Assembly: GCA_030390025.1 (NCBI GenBank)
Contig: CM059436.1
Coordinates: 92,132,001 to 92,196,000, forward strand
DNA from: Squalus acanthias
Lineage: Eukaryota
Length of the DNA: 64,000 nt
Direction: 5' to 3'
Below, piece after piece: positions 1 to 13,550 of this stretch. Positions within the stretch are counted from its first letter, which is position 1. Each line of letters begins with the position of its first letter. The notes under the pieces are model-generated. The model had not been told where the DNA came from. It made no database searches and saw only the letters and a list, made by a program, of their open reading frames with translations. A program made the translations under genes and the position numbers.

Positions 1-124
1 GATTCCAAAAATAAAAATTGGATAAGACTCTGGAATCTAAATCAACTGCTACAGTTCTTCACGTGATATGTTCCCAATCTGAGCTAATGAGGAATCATCT
101 TATCTCTAATTAGTAGAAAAGGAA

Positions 125-950
125 CAACAATGAAACAAACAGCTTGCATTTATGTAGCACCTTACACATAGAAAACAAAATCCCAATGCGGTTCAGATGC
201 TTAAGGAAAATGAATGTCAGACAAGCAGTCTGGCAGCACAGACGGAGTGGAGGGATTGAGAAAGGTTGTGGAAAGGTACATCTGGGTGCCATCAGTGTAC
301 ATGTAGAAAGCGGATACCATGTCTGCGGATGATGGCACCAAGGGGCAGAAGGTAGATGAGAAAGAGGAGCAGACCAAAGCTAGATCCTTGGAGGATTCCA
401 GAGATGACAGTGTGGGGGACGCGGGGCAGGAGAAGAGGAGTGGCCATTGCTAGAGATGTTCTGGCATTGATCATATAAGTGAGGGCAGTCCCACCAAGCT
501 GGACAACAGAGAGGAGGCAAATTATACTGAAGACTGCAGAGAAGTCAAGGAGAACGAGGAGGGATATTGCACCATGATCAGAGAATGTCATTCATGACAT
601 TAAAGGCCATTCCGGTGCTGTGGAGCAGCAGAAACCTGATTGGAGGGATTCAAACAGGGAATTGCAGCAGTGATGGACATGGATTCAGGAGGCGATAACA
701 TATTCAAGAACTTTGCAGAGGAAAGGGAGGATGTAGATGATGCGGTAGTTTGTCAGGACAGAGGCGCTGAGGGTTTTTTGAGGGGCCGGGTGGAAAGAGA
801 GAGCTATGACTGGCTTTGAAAGGGAGGGGAACAGTGCTTGAGGAGAGGGAGCCATCTACAATGTCAACTAGCACTGGGGCCATGCGTTTAGTGGGAATGG
901 GGTAGAGGTGTGCCTCACGGGCGAGATGAGAGAGAAACTAGGGAAAGAAA
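125..950 (-). mobile_element. L2 LINE fragments (degenerate)
   Basis: GAISLLVLLDFSAVF and GILQGSSFGLLLFLIYLLPLGAII are L2 RT motifs; an L2-type 3' tail lies near 125-170. Confidence 0.7.
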
Positions 951-954
951 GGAA

Positions 955-1413
955 GAAAGAACAACTTCCATTTCTATAGCGCCTTTCACAACCTCAGGAT
1001 GTCCCAGAGCGCTTTACAGCCAATGAAGTACTTTTGAAGTGTAGTCACTGTTGTAATGTAGGAAACCCGGCAGCCAATTTGCGCACAACAAAATCCCACA
1101 AACAGCAATGAGATAATGACCAGATAATCTGTTTTAGTGATGTCGGTTAAGGGATAATTACTGACTAGGACACCAGGGAGAACTCCCCTGATCTTCAAAT
1201 AGTCCCATGGGATCTTTTGCATCCACCTGAGAAAGCAGACGGGGCATTTGTTTAACAGTTCCTCCAAAAAACGGCACCTCCGACAGTGCAGCACTCCCTC
1301 AGTACTGCACTGGGAGTGTCAGTCTAGATTTTGTGCTCAAGTCTTTGGAGTGGGACTTGAATTCACAATCTTCTGACTCAGAGGCAAGAGTGGTACCACT
1401 GAGCCACGACTGA
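955..1413 (-). mobile_element. DeuSINE (SacSINE1/AmnSINE1-like)
   Basis: tRNA-like head, Deu domain (…GATCCCATGG…CATTGCTGTTTGTGGGA…AAATTGGCTGCC…) and L2-like tail. Confidence 0.85.
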
Positions 1414-1981
1414 CAGTAGAGACAAGCAACTTAAAATTAGAGGGCAAGTCAACCATCACCAGTTTCACTCCTCTCCCAGTAGCCCAGGTTAAGAGTATTA
1501 GTGGCAAAAAACTGAACACAGGTCCTCTGCTCAACCTCTCAGTGAGGGAATGATGCACAGCGTAATGGAAACAGAAAATGGGGAGGAAAAATAACAAAAA
1601 TCAAAGTTTCTCTCTTACGATACATTTTACACAACCTAGCCTGCAAACATACATACCTATTCTACCCCTGTTATTATTTATTTCATTGACACTGAGGGTA
1701 GATATTCTGGCCTCTTATCCAGATATTCTTCCTGGACTTGATTTCTGCTTGGATCTCCTGACTGTGCTGTACTGATTGTCAGTAAAACAGTGGTTGTGGG
1801 AAGGTCGCAAGTTTAGAGAGTTTTCTAAATCAAAATTAAATAGAAAATGGAAGACACAAGAACTGACTATAACATCTGCTGTACAGCCAATAACTGTCAT
1901 TAGTTTTAAATTAAGTTAAATATTCAGTTCAAATGAAAACAGATAAAATTGTGTAAACAGAAAATAGTAACAGAAGACTAT

Positions 1982-2735
1982 GGCCCAGAAATTGATCCGG
2001 CTGCGCGAGAGTACGCACAGTGTACACTCGCGCAGCCAGACTTCAATTGCCGGTTTTCAGCATGCACTGCGCATGCACTGAAAACCGGCAATTGATGGAA
2101 GTGAAAGGGGGCGGGTCCTCAGTGCACCGCGTGCGCGCTACAGGCTGCGCGCACGCAGTGCACTTCATCGCTTGCGCACGCAGGTAAGTATTGAAGATTC
2201 TGGAAAAGTAAAAAGCAGGCGCAGGAGCCTCTTTTAACCAGGTAAGTACATAATTAAGTAGTATTTAGAATTTTTTTTTACAGGTAAATCTTTAGTAGCG
2301 ACTTTAAAGACAGGTAAGTTTATTTTTATAACATTTTAAAAGATTTAAAATTTTTTCAAAAATTTATTTTTTTGTTTAAAAAGGTTAATTTATTTAATTA
2401 CACTTATTTTAATAATGTGATGGGTTTTTTTTTTAATTTAATGGAGGTTTAGCTCTTCTTTTGGGGGCTTGTTGTATTCCTAGTTTTCACAGCAGTTCAA
2501 TGGCCGCTGTGAATTCTATGAATGAGAGCTTGGTGTGCTGCCATTGGCTGTAACTCAGTCACGTGATCCCACAGTGCACTCGAACTAACTCCGCACTGTG
2601 GAATCACGATGCACTCGCAGCTGATGGCTGGGACATGAAGTTCCAGCGAGCTGGGACTGAAAAAGCCAAGGCGCAGTGAGACATCGCGGGAAGGGCTTAC
2701 CCTCGCACGAACCCTCACACTGCAATTTCTGGGCC
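1982..2735. mobile_element. PIF/Harbinger-like non-autonomous element
   Basis: 13-bp TIR GGCCCAGAAATTG/CAATTTCTGGGCC, 3-bp TSD TAT and internal palindromes around TGCGCATGCA. Confidence 0.7.
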
Positions 2736-3012
2736 TATACTTATATCTATTTAAAACTATAGATGTTGGAGATTAGTCTGTCACAATTGCTGCAATTTTA
2801 ACAATTTACAAAATTTATGTCTACTGTAGCCACAACTATTATTCTGTTTGCTGAAAAATTCTCATTTTAAAGAAGACTCAAAATTTTTTTTTAAACTGCA
2901 CAACTTATTTTCATTGAAATGTTATGCTTGGGTTCGGATTACCACATAATGAGGGAAAATGTGATACTAGGTTCTAATTCCTGCATCAGATTATTTTGGA
3001 ATTAGCTACACA

Positions 3013-3380
3013 TTTTTTTAAAAATTCTCGGGATGCGGCCTCACTGGCAAGGCCAGCATTTATTGCCCATCCCCAGTTGCCCCGAGAAGGTGGAGGTGGG
3101 CCTTCTTTTTGAACCACTGGTAGTGGTTTGATACAACTGAGTGGCTTGCTGGGCCACTTCAAAGAGCAATTAAGAGTCAACCACGTTGGTGTGGAACTGG
3201 AATCACATTTAGGGCAGACCGGGTAAGGACGGCAGGTTTCCTTCCCTACAGGGACATTAGTGAACCAGTTGGGTTTTTACGCCAATCCAACAGCTTCATG
3301 GTCATGTTGATGTGGTGCTTGTCTCCGCTATACAGCAGACTGGGTAAAGACGGCTGGTTTCCTTCCCTAAAGAACATTTA
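3013..3380 (-). mobile_element. Bipartite SINE-like derivative (partial)
   Basis: Same head and tail sequences as 5437-5930, in reverse orientation. Confidence 0.75.
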
Positions 3381-3987
3381 TCGAAAGTTTACTGTGCTTT
3401 CAATGTTAAAGGAAATTAAAAGCATTTTATCATCGAATCATAAAGGATTTTTCTATTAACAGTCAGAAGCATGTCATTTAACAGCTCCAGTGCTTGGGTG
3501 AGAATAGTCTGCTTTCAACCGTCTGCTTGATCGTGCCACTAATGGATATATCTCATTAGCAATGCAAGACTAGTTGCTATATAAAGTTGTATTTATTGTA
3601 GCAATAAATACAAGGGGAGGAACAATTCAATCTAAATTCTTTAATAAAAGTAAATCATAAAAGCTTAGAATGGTGGTTTTACAACAGGAAAAGGCTCCTG
3701 GGGATTTTCTGGACAGTTTGCTAAAGCTGTTGGCTCAGTGTTCAGTGGCAGTTAGGAAGGCAAGCGGAATGTTGAGATATATGGCTAGGAGTGTAACCTA
3801 TAACTTGAGAAGTAATTCTAAAATTACACCGAGTCTTGGTGAGACCACATCCAGAGTACTGCATGCAGTTTTGATCCCAACTTTAAAAAGCTGCTAGCTT
3901 CATTTCCAGAACTAAGGCAACAGAGCTATGAGGACAGGTTAGCTATCTTGGGACATTTCTCTCTTCCAAGAAGATCTATTTTTTCCA

Positions 3988-5372
3988 GTAAGCACATAAC
4001 ATAAGAAATAGGAGCAGGAGTAGGCCATTTGGCCCCTCGAGCTTGCTCCGCCATTCGATAAGATCATGGCTGATCTGGTCTTGGCCTCAACTCCACTTCC
4101 CTGCCGCGCCGCATAACCCTCGACTCCTTTATCGTTCAAAAATCTGTCTATCTCCACCTTAAATATATTCAATGACCCAGTCTCCACAGCTCTCTGGGGT
4201 AGAGAATTCCAAAGATTCACGACCCTCAGAAGAAATTCCTCCTCATCTCTGTTTTAAATGGGCGACCCCTTATTCTGAAACTATGCCCCCTAGTTCTAGA
4301 TTCCCCCATGAGAGGAAACATCCTCTCTGCATCTACCCTTTCAAGCCCCCTCCTCAGAATCTTATATGTTTCAATAAGATCACCTCTCATTCTTCTAAAC
4401 TCCAATTAGTATAGGCCCAACCTGCTCAACTTTTCTTCATAAGACAACCCCTTCATCTCAGGAATTAACCTAGTGAACCTTCTCTGAACTGCCTCCAATG
4501 CAAATATATCCCTCCTTAAATAAGGAGACCAAAACTGTACGCAGTACTCCAGGTGTGGTCTCACCAACGCCCTGTACAGTTGTTGTAAGACTTCCCTACT
4601 TTTATACTCCATCCCCCTTACAGTAAAGGCCAACATTCCATTTGCCTTCCTAATTACTTGCTGTACCTGCATGCTAACTTTTTGTGTTTCATGCACAAGG
4701 ACCCCCAGATCCCTCTGTGCCACAGCATTTTGTAGTCTGCCTCCATTTAAATAATAATTTGCTTTTTTATTTTTCCTACCAAAGTGGATAACCTCACATT
4801 TTCCCACATTATACTCCATCTGCCAAATTTTTGCCCACTCACTTAACCTATCTATATCCCTTTGCAGATTCTTTGTGTCCTCTTCACAACTTGCTTTCCC
4901 ACCTATCTTTGTATCATCAGCAAATTTGGCTACATTACACTTGGCCCCTTCATCCAAGTCATTAATATAGATTGTAAACAGCTGAGGCCCCAGCACGGAT
5001 CCCTGTTACAGTTTGCCAACCTGAAAATGACCCATTTATCCCGACTCTCTGTTTCCTGTTAGTTAACCAATCCGCTATCCATGCTAATATATTACCCCCA
5101 ACCCCATGAGCTCTTATCTTCTGCAGTAACCTATTATGTGGCACCTTATCGAATGCCTTCTGGAAATCCAAATACACTACATCTACTGGTTCCCCTTTAT
5201 CCACCCTGCTCGTTACATCCTCAAAGAACTCTAGCAAATTTGTCAAACAGGATTTCCCTTTCATAAAACCATGCTGACTCTGCTTGACTGTATTATGATT
5301 TCCTAAATGTCCTGCTACTACTTCCTTAATAATGGACTCTAGCATTTTCCCAATGACAGATGTTAGGCTAGC
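3988..5372 (-). mobile_element. CR1 LINE 3' portion (RT)
   Basis: SQHGFMKGKSCLTNLLEFFE…DFQKAFDKV…LGPQLFTIYINDLD…KFADDTK…RPHLEYCVQFWSP plus the CR1 3' tail. Confidence 0.92.
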
Positions 5373-5436
5373 CAGCAAGAGGATAGTCCGTCGTACATGT
5401 TTATCAGTAAGGGTCGTGGAACAAGAAACTATATTT

Positions 5437-5930
5437 GGGAACGGTAGCATAGTGGTTATGTTACTGGACTAGCAATCCAGAGGCCTGGTAGTAATAATCC
5501 AGAGATGTGAGTTCAAATCCCACCATGGCAGCTTGAGGGATTTAAATTCAATTCAATAAAAAATCTGGTTTTAAAGTGTTAGTATCAGTAATGGTGACCA
5601 TGAAACTACCGGATCGTCGTAAAAACCCATCTGGTTCACTAATGTCCTTTAGGGAAGGAAATCTGCCGTCCTTACCTGGTCTGGCCTATATGTGACTCCA
5701 GACCCACAGCAATGTGGTTGACTCTTAACTGCCCTCTGAAATGGCCCAGCAAGCCACTCTGTAATGTACCAAACTGCTGCGACAAAGTCAGCACTGTGGG
5801 AATACCTTCATCACACGGACTGCAGCGGTTCAAGAAGGCAACTCACCACCACCTTCTCAAGGGCAATTAGGGATGGGCAATAAATGCCAGCCTTGCCAGC
5901 GACACCCACATCCCAGGAACGAATAAAAAA
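5437..5930 (+). mobile_element. tRNA-headed bipartite SINE-like derivative of the 14855-18772 LINE family
   Basis: A-box TAGCATAGTGG (5445-5455) and B-box GTTCAAATCC (5511-5520). The body matches the LINE 5' region and the tail matches the LINE 3' end. Confidence 0.85.
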
Positions 5931-7289
5931 TTCAGAAAGGGGCTAAACAGGCTCCTGTTAGCAAATGGGATTCAGGGCTTTTAGACTTAGAATTGCATCA
6001 TCAACAACAACTTGCATTTATATAGTGCCTTTAATGTAGTAAAATGTCCCGAGGCACTTCGCAAGAGCATGATCAGACAAAAATTGACATCGATAATCAA
6101 GATAATCTCATGAGAGTTTAAAATGGGTAGACTAGATGGAGCAGTGGTCTACTGTTGTCTGAAAATTTCTACTAGGTAAAAGTGTTTTTAATGTATTTTT
6201 AAGAGATTATGAAAGTTAATTATTTCAGATTCAATAGAAAAATAATCAATTTACTGTAAATAGCAAAATAAAAAATAGTTGCAAGTGAGAACAGAGAATG
6301 CAGAATAGAAAAAAAACAGGGGTCAGCCAATCTAAAATCTTCAAAATGTAATACTTAAATTATTGTGTGTTTATCTCTGTAGTTTAAATATTACAATAAT
6401 ATAGCTACCTTTAATACTGGAGTTGCTTTATTACTGTAATATTAGTCAAGGAAATGGGGCTGAGGTACAGATCAGCCATGATCCATTCGAATGGCAGAGC
6501 AGGCTCGAGGGGCTGAACGGCCTACTCCTGTTCCTGTGCTCCACTGAAATTTAACGAGTCGGACTTTCTTTTTTAATATAGAAGGGCAGCAGATTAGGAG
6601 ATCTGTTTTTAACGGAGTCTTGCTGGGGCAAGGAAACGTGCTGACCTAGCAGCAGCAAAGCATTTACTGGCAGTGGAACCACAACCTCCTCACGCAATTT
6701 CCAGTGGTTAGGTCGTGACGTCAATTTTCATTGGCATGGTGCCAGTTCTTCAGGCATTCACGCCGGCCAAACTGTCATGGCCACTCTGCGCCTGCACGAA
6801 ACAGCAAGACTCACGGGTACAGCTTGTCTCCAAGCAAATCAGCTGCGTCATCCACAAGTAAAAATGGGAAAGAGGTGCACTTGGACTACTCTCCCAAGAT
6901 CGAGGCTTGCAATGTAAAAGCAGCTTTAGAAGAAACAAAATCAGCCAGTGAACGCCATTAAAAAAAAATCATTCTCGGGATATGGGCATCGCTGGCAAGG
7001 CCAGCATTTATTGCCCATCCCTAGTTGCCCTCGAGAAAGGTGGTGGTGAGCTGCCTTCTTGAACCACTGCAGTCCGTGTGGTGAAGGTACTCCCGCTGTG
7101 CTGTTAGGGAGGGAGTTACAGGATTTTGACCCAGCAACAATGAAGGAACCGCAATATATGTCCAACTCGGAGGTGATGGTGTTCCCTTGTGCATGATGCC
7201 CTGGTCCTTCTAGGTGGTGGAGGTTGCTGGTTTGGGAGGTACTTCTGTAAATAAGAATTGTATCGTCTAGCAATAGCCACAGTAGGCAC

Positions 7290-7455
7290 TAACGTTCCCT
7301 CTAAGCTGTGCGGTTGCGCAGCTGTCTCCTGGTCCTGCATAGCCCGGGACCGGGTTTTCCCAATGTGAAATGTTGCACATGTGCAAAACTTTGAATGGGC
7401 CATGCAGCCTGTTAAAGGGACCACGCACCCAAAGTTTAAATTAGGGGGAACATTG
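7290..7455. mobile_element. hAT-type MITE (TIR CAAYGTTCCC), 8-bp TSD
   Basis: TSD GTAGGCAC/GTGGGCAC. Confidence 0.75.
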
Positions 7456-10029
7456 GTGGGCACCATGATTCCAGATAATAGAAACCCTGCTGGTTTTCAT
7501 GGGAAAAGGCACTCAAGTCATTTATGCAATCTCTCAGACTGTATAACAAAGTTCAAGCTCGAGGAAGGAGAAAAAAAAATGATGTATTTTGATTACATAA
7601 TCTAAGGTAGAAATAAAAACCTTAAAAGTAAACCAGTAGCCTCGTAGTGATGACTCTGGCTTTCAAGCCAAACAGAGATCTTTGACTCAGAGAAGGCTGC
7701 ATTAAAATCTAGTTGGTAAAATGGGGCTAAATAGTCAGCTCTCTGCCAGACACAATGCCTCAAAATATCAGAGCATTCACAGAGAAGGTTCAAGAAACAG
7801 GGTGACCATTTCATTCTAGCCAGGCCTCTTCTTGACGGATCACAAGAGCTGCAAGCATGCTCCACAGCCTGGGCAAGTCAGTCCTTCCACCTGAAGGCGT
7901 TCACATTGCAGCAAAAGTCTTTTTAAATGAAAAATAAATGCAAGAAAGTGGCACAAAAACACTTTGCTACTGTGAATAGCATCAAACTATTATACAGAAA
8001 GAACAGGTTGTGTTGGGGACTGAACTACGTACATCTGTGCACTCTGGTCCAAGTATCCCCTGCCCTCTAACCTCACTTCACCTGAACACTGCACTTGGTC
8101 TCGACTCCCTTTGTGGAATGACACAGGAGATCCACAATGTATTAAAAAAAAACATTCTAGATACAAAAAATGCACGGCAAAAGTTTGCTTCTATTATCCT
8201 CCGCATGGCAAATGCTGACCTTAGCCATGCTGGAGAGCCAACACTACCCCAAAGGAAGGGGGATATCAGAGGCTGTAACTCAATGGTGCTATTATGTATT
8301 TGATAATAGCCAACATAGGCAGCATTACTGGAGGCATTGGAGGATCTCACCAGCTCTCTCCTTCAACTGAGGAATTATGTGTGGCCTAAGGAGACCTGGG
8401 GCAGGGGAAACAATTCATTAAAAGAATGAGGTAAAGGAAAAATATTTCAAAACAGATCTAACTAAAATCAGATTTTTATTTACCTGAAAGTAAACAGCTT
8501 AAAAGTTTACACTTTAAAAAAAGATAAAGATAATAGAAAGCAATGAAATATGTAACAGTTAATGAGTCTTTTAAAAGGCATCGCACAATTGAGGGGTGCT
8601 AATGACACAGAATCATACAGCACAGAAGGAGGCCATTCGACCCATCGTGCCTGTGCCGGCTCTTTGAAAGAGCGGTCCAATTAGACCCACTTCCCCTGTT
8701 CTTTCCCCATAGGCATGCAATTTTTGTTTCCTTTTCAAGTATATATCCAATGCCCTTTGAAAATTACTATTGAATCTGCTTCCACCACGCTTTCAGGCAG
8801 TGCATTCCAGATCATATCATCTTCAATCATTACGGCAAAGTCCAAGTGTTAAGTTATCAGCACCCTGTTACTGCGTGCAACTCAGTCCAGGGCAATTAGG
8901 TACCACATGACCAGAATGTCAATGTAGTAGCTCTGCATGGGTTTGTGACAAGTGAAGTCCTGCAGGAATCCATGTTGGAACCACTGCTCTTCACCTTCTT
9001 CATAAATGATACGGATGCAGGAACAATTTTCAAGCTTGTTGAGGCGAGAACTGGGGGCATCAGTATAAAATACAAAAGCAAAACACTAGGTTGAATGCCA
9101 AGAGGCATTTCATTTCACAGTCATCAACCTGTGCAGCCAATTAGCGAAGTGTGAGGTAAGTATCAGTTCCTTCAGACCTTCAAAAGGGGAACTGGACCTG
9201 TGCATACCTCGAGTTATAGAAGGTAGGTTGCAGGTTAGCTGGGATTAGGGATATTCAGTGAGTTACTGCGGTCTCCTGGAGCTTTGCTTGATTGACTTTG
9301 GGGGTCGGAGAGGAAATTCCCAAAATTGACCTCAGTTTTGGCGCACGCCCCCCCCCCCCAGCTCGAGTTTTTGCCTCTTCCAAGAGATTGAGAGACTATG
9401 AAAGGCAGGGGGAAGGGCTGATGGGGCACATGGACTCTGACATGTCCAAATGGGTGGGCCTGATGGACCAGATGGTCTATTCCTGTCCTTTTTTTGAATG
9501 GGTGTGTATTCAATGAAGAGTTGGTTTTGAGGGCACATCTTCCAAATTTTCTTTTTTTTTTAAAAATAAGTTTCCTACTTTTCAACCAGTGTAAGGGTTA
9601 TGCGCTGACTAAGTATTTATTTCGGACTGTTGCTGCTATGGAACTCACACAAGATGCTATTCAGGTTTTACTTCTATAAAGAAAGTTTTTAAAAGGTCTT
9701 GTGGTTTGACATCAGTTTCTACAAAGCAGTCATCACACGTTGGGATGCAAGCTCCTTCCTTAATCTTTTTTGCTGATGTTTCATGACAGGAAACAAATAC
9801 AGTTTCCACAGACGTAATGATGGACAAACTGACTAGGTCCCTTTCTTAAAAGGAAGAAAACAAGGTGTCTCTTAATTAACTATTCAACAAAAAAAAATCA
9901 ATATAACAAAGATTACAAGTCAAAAGAAATATTTCTTCTCTTCCTAACACCATCAGTGCACTACAATAATTGACATATTAACACCATTAAGTATCTATAC
10001 CAATGGTCTGAGGGAGGGAGGGAGGAAGG

Positions 10030-10465
10030 AAAGAAAGACTTGCATTTATATAGCGCCTTTCACAACCTCAGGACGTCCCAAACAGCCAATGAAGTACTTC
10101 AAGTGTAGTCACTGTTGTAATGTAGGAAACGCTGCGACCAATTTGTGCACAGCAAGCTCCCACAAACAGCAATGTGATAATGACCAGATCATCTGTTTTA
10201 GTGATGTTGGTTGAGGGATAAATATTGGCCAGGACACCGGGGAGAACACCTGCTGCTCGTCTTTGAAATAGTGCCACGGGATCTTTTACGTCCTCCTCAG
10301 TTTAATGTCTCATCTGAAAGACGGCACCTCCAACATTGCAGCACTCCCTCAGTACTGCACTGGAGTGTCAGCCTAGATTTTGTGCTGCAGTCCATGGAGT
10401 GGGACTTGAACCCACAACCTTCTGACTCAGAGTTGAGTATGCTACCAACTGAGCCAAGGCCGACA
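10030..10465 (-). mobile_element. DeuSINE
   Basis: Colinear with 955-1413. Confidence 0.85.
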
Positions 10466-10583
10466 CTGCAACAAAAACGGAAATCACAAGAAACCCACAG
10501 CAGGTCAGTCAGCATCTGTGGAATCAAGACAAATTTCCAGCATCTGCAGTATTTTTTTTCTACAAGTCTCTTTGCTCACTTAC

Positions 10584-10689
10584 CAAGCACCAATAGTAAT
10601 CGTCTCTTCAGGCTTAAGATAGAAATTGCATGTGTGGTTCAACCCTTGGTCCTGTGGCCTCTTCAAGTCAATGAAATACGGTAGCCGCA
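10584..10689 (-). CDS. ABHD12: ABHD12 coding exon 3
   Basis: (V)[34 protein letters not shown](W) is near-identical to human [36 protein letters not shown]. 106 bp, with a catag acceptor and TG|GTAAGT donor. Exon 4 was not found in the window. Confidence 0.95.
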
Positions 10690-12257
10690 CTATGAAGGAA
10701 AGAGACAGAAATAAAAACTTAGGAGTTTTAGGACAATAATGACACCGTCAAAGTAATTGCATGTAATTAAATTTAAATCTGCAATGATTTTATTTTGTCT
10801 ACATTTAAAAGCTGCATTTCCTTAACAAATCTAAATCTTTAGAAATGTGCTCGGTGCAGAAGAGACCTAATCAATTTACTGACATCACACATTTTTTACA
10901 AAAGTTATAGCAAATACTAATTTGTACATTTTCTAATATTTAACTATCAAAACTATACTCCACTAGAAACTGAGATTTGTAAAGAATCAATATTTTGCTG
11001 TCAAAATCTAAACATTCCTGCTCTCGTCATAAAAGCTTTTTCACAGTGAACTTTGGATGATATTTTCTTGTTTTCTGTAGTCCCAAATAAGCCTGTGGTT
11101 TAGAAACCCGCCAAACATTCCCCAAATTATGATTATCTTAAGTACTATTTTGTCCTCTTCCTCTCCTTGGGCTTTGATACTCTAACTGGGATATGAACCT
11201 TGACAGTGAGTGCCAACTGGTTATTCAGTTATGGGAGGGGGCATTGCAGCAAAACCAGTCCTGAAAACCCCACAAAGCGCACTTCCAGTAGAGCTGTTAT
11301 ATAACAATCAGGAGTAGAAACTCTGACTGGTTTTCTGTTCATTAACCCTGGGGAGTTGTCGTCAGCTGCTGCTTCAGCTGATGTCAGTTAATTCAGCACA
11401 GAGCACAGACAAGATCTGGGGCCTTCCTGGCCTGTATGGCTCAGGGGCCTTGACTTTAGCTCAGAACTAATGGGGAAGCCCCTCAAATAATACTTCAAAT
11501 ACAAAACGAACATTTTAAATAATCCATATAAGCAACAGTGTTGTAAGTGGGAAGAACACAGCTGTAGTGTTTTTGTACTGAAGAACAAAAAAATGGAAGT
11601 ACTTCACTTACTGTATAATTCCAGGGAATGGGACAGAGTAATATAAGCACAACTACGCTGTTTATTAAGGCAGATCTACAGGATAGCACCTGGATGCATT
11701 TCTGCATTTTTACAGAGACGTGTTTAGGTTATAGTGAGTGACACTTGAAGCTTCCATCTACCGTGCATTAAAGTTCGTGAGTTTTCGATCAGTGGAATAT
11801 GACTATTTAATTTGAGGGTGGAAGAGACTAAATAGCAACATTTGCTTAAAAGTACAGTGACATTGACCACAGGATCCGCCTAAATTATATGTGGCTGTTA
11901 AACCACCAGCTATTTTAATGGCAAATACACAGTGTCTCAAACTCTTAGAGCTACACCAAGACCTACACTGGTACGTCTCATGTAATATTCTGGTTCAGAG
12001 CTAGAGCAAAGACCGCAGATGATGGGAAGAATGGAGGAAACAAGTCACTTTTCCATCTTGGGGTATTTTTTAACATACAGAACTGCAGCTTTGACCAAAA
12101 ACGTACTTCATTAGATTTAGAAATACTGTATGTGGAAATTAGCAGCTGTAAAAGGGAGGAGTAGAAGGAAAAAAAACACAGATATAGAAGGATTTAAAAA
12201 AAGCACAAGAGCAAGTTCACAAGGGGAAAAGGTTCAAAGCTCAACAACAGCTTTTAT

Positions 12258-13172
12258 TAAAAATAAAAAACAGAAAATGCTGGAAATACTCAGCAGGTCA
12301 GACAGCATCTGTGGAGAGAGTTAACGTTTCAGGTCGATGACCTTTCGTCAGAACTAGAAAAAGTTGGAGATGTAACAGATTTTTAAGCAAGAGTAGGGGC
12401 AGGGAAAGGGGGGAGGGGAGGAAAGAACAAAAGGGAAGGTCTGTGATAGGATGGAAGGCAGGAGAGATTAAGAGACAAAAGGGATGATGGTGCAAGGCAA
12501 AAGGAGATGGTAATGGAACAAGTTAAGAAACAAAAGATGACTCTAGATGAAGTGTAAATGGAATGGCAGAATGATCAACAGCTGCCATGTGAAAGAGAAA
12601 AAAACAATAGGGGCAGAGGTTATGGTCTGAAATTGTTGAACTCGATGTTGAGTCCAGAAGGCTGTAAAGTGCCTAATCGAAAGATGAGGTGCTGTTCCTC
12701 GAGCTTACATTGAGCTTCATTGGAACAGTGTAAGAGGCCAAGGACGGAGAGGTCTGAGTGGGCGTGGAGCGGAGAATTAAAGTGACAGGCGACCAGAAGC
12801 TCAGGGTCACCCTTACGGACTGAACGGAGGTGTTCCGCAAAGTGGTCACCCAATCTGCATTCGGTCTCCCTAATGTAGAGGAGACCACATCGTGAGCAGC
12901 GAATACAGTGTACTAAGTTGCAAGAAGTACAAGTAAATCGCTGTTTCACCTGGAAGGGGTGTTTGGGGCCCTGGGCAGTGGGAAGGGAGGAGGTAAAAGG
13001 GCAGGTGTTGCATCTCCTGCGCTTGCATGGGAAGGTGCCGGGAGAAGGGGAAGGGGTGTTGGGGGTGATAGAGGAGTGGACCAGGGTGTCGCGGAGGGAG
13101 CGGTCCCTTCGGAATGCTGAAAGGGGAGTTGAGGGGAAGATGTGTTTGGTGGTGGGATCACGCTGGAGGTGG
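12258..13172 (-). mobile_element. Penelope-like element 3' fragment with GIY-YIG endonuclease and pLTR
   Basis: ORF 12620-12949 (FTCTSCNLVHCIRCSRCGLLYIRETECRLGDHFAEH…CHFN…EQHLIFRLGTLQPSGLN) is a PLE GIY-YIG domain with the CCHH pattern; a hammerhead motif lies downstream. Confidence 0.88.
12319..12356 (-). ncRNA. Minimal type-I hammerhead ribozyme motif
   Basis: AGUU-CUGACGA-A-AGGUC(auc)GACCU-GAAA-CGUU-AACU: helix I AGUU/AACU and palindromic ACGU helix III. Confidence 0.7.
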
Positions 13173-13550
13173 CAAATAAACTTTTATTTATTTGGTAGGA
13201 AAACGTCACAAGGCTCTTCACAGGAGTGTAATGGTCTAATTGAATGGCGGAACAGGCGTGAGGGTCCGAATGGCCTGCTCTTGTTCCTATGTAAGCAGAC
13301 AAAGTTGGTCACCGGGCGAAAGGAGACTTTAGGAGGGTGTCCAAAAGCTTGGTCCAGGAGGTAGGTTTTAAGAAGGGTCTTAAAGGAGGAGACACAGGTG
13401 GTGAGGCAGAGGGATTTAGGGAGAGAATTCTACAGCTTGCGGCCTAGACGGCTGAAGGCACCCCACCAATGGCTGCTGAGGAACGTTGAAAGGTATAAAG
13501 TGATAGAATTCACCGAATTACTACTCGGTGGCACATTGTACTATACTCAC

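Noticed and set aside
5445-5525. tRNA-like A/B boxes as a possible tRNA gene
   Set aside because: No cloverleaf; it is the head of a retro-element, as are the DeuSINE heads.
1-10583. Search for ABHD12 exon 4 (HTVP…LYLHGNAG)
   Set aside because: Not found by eye; it presumably lies beyond the left edge of the window.
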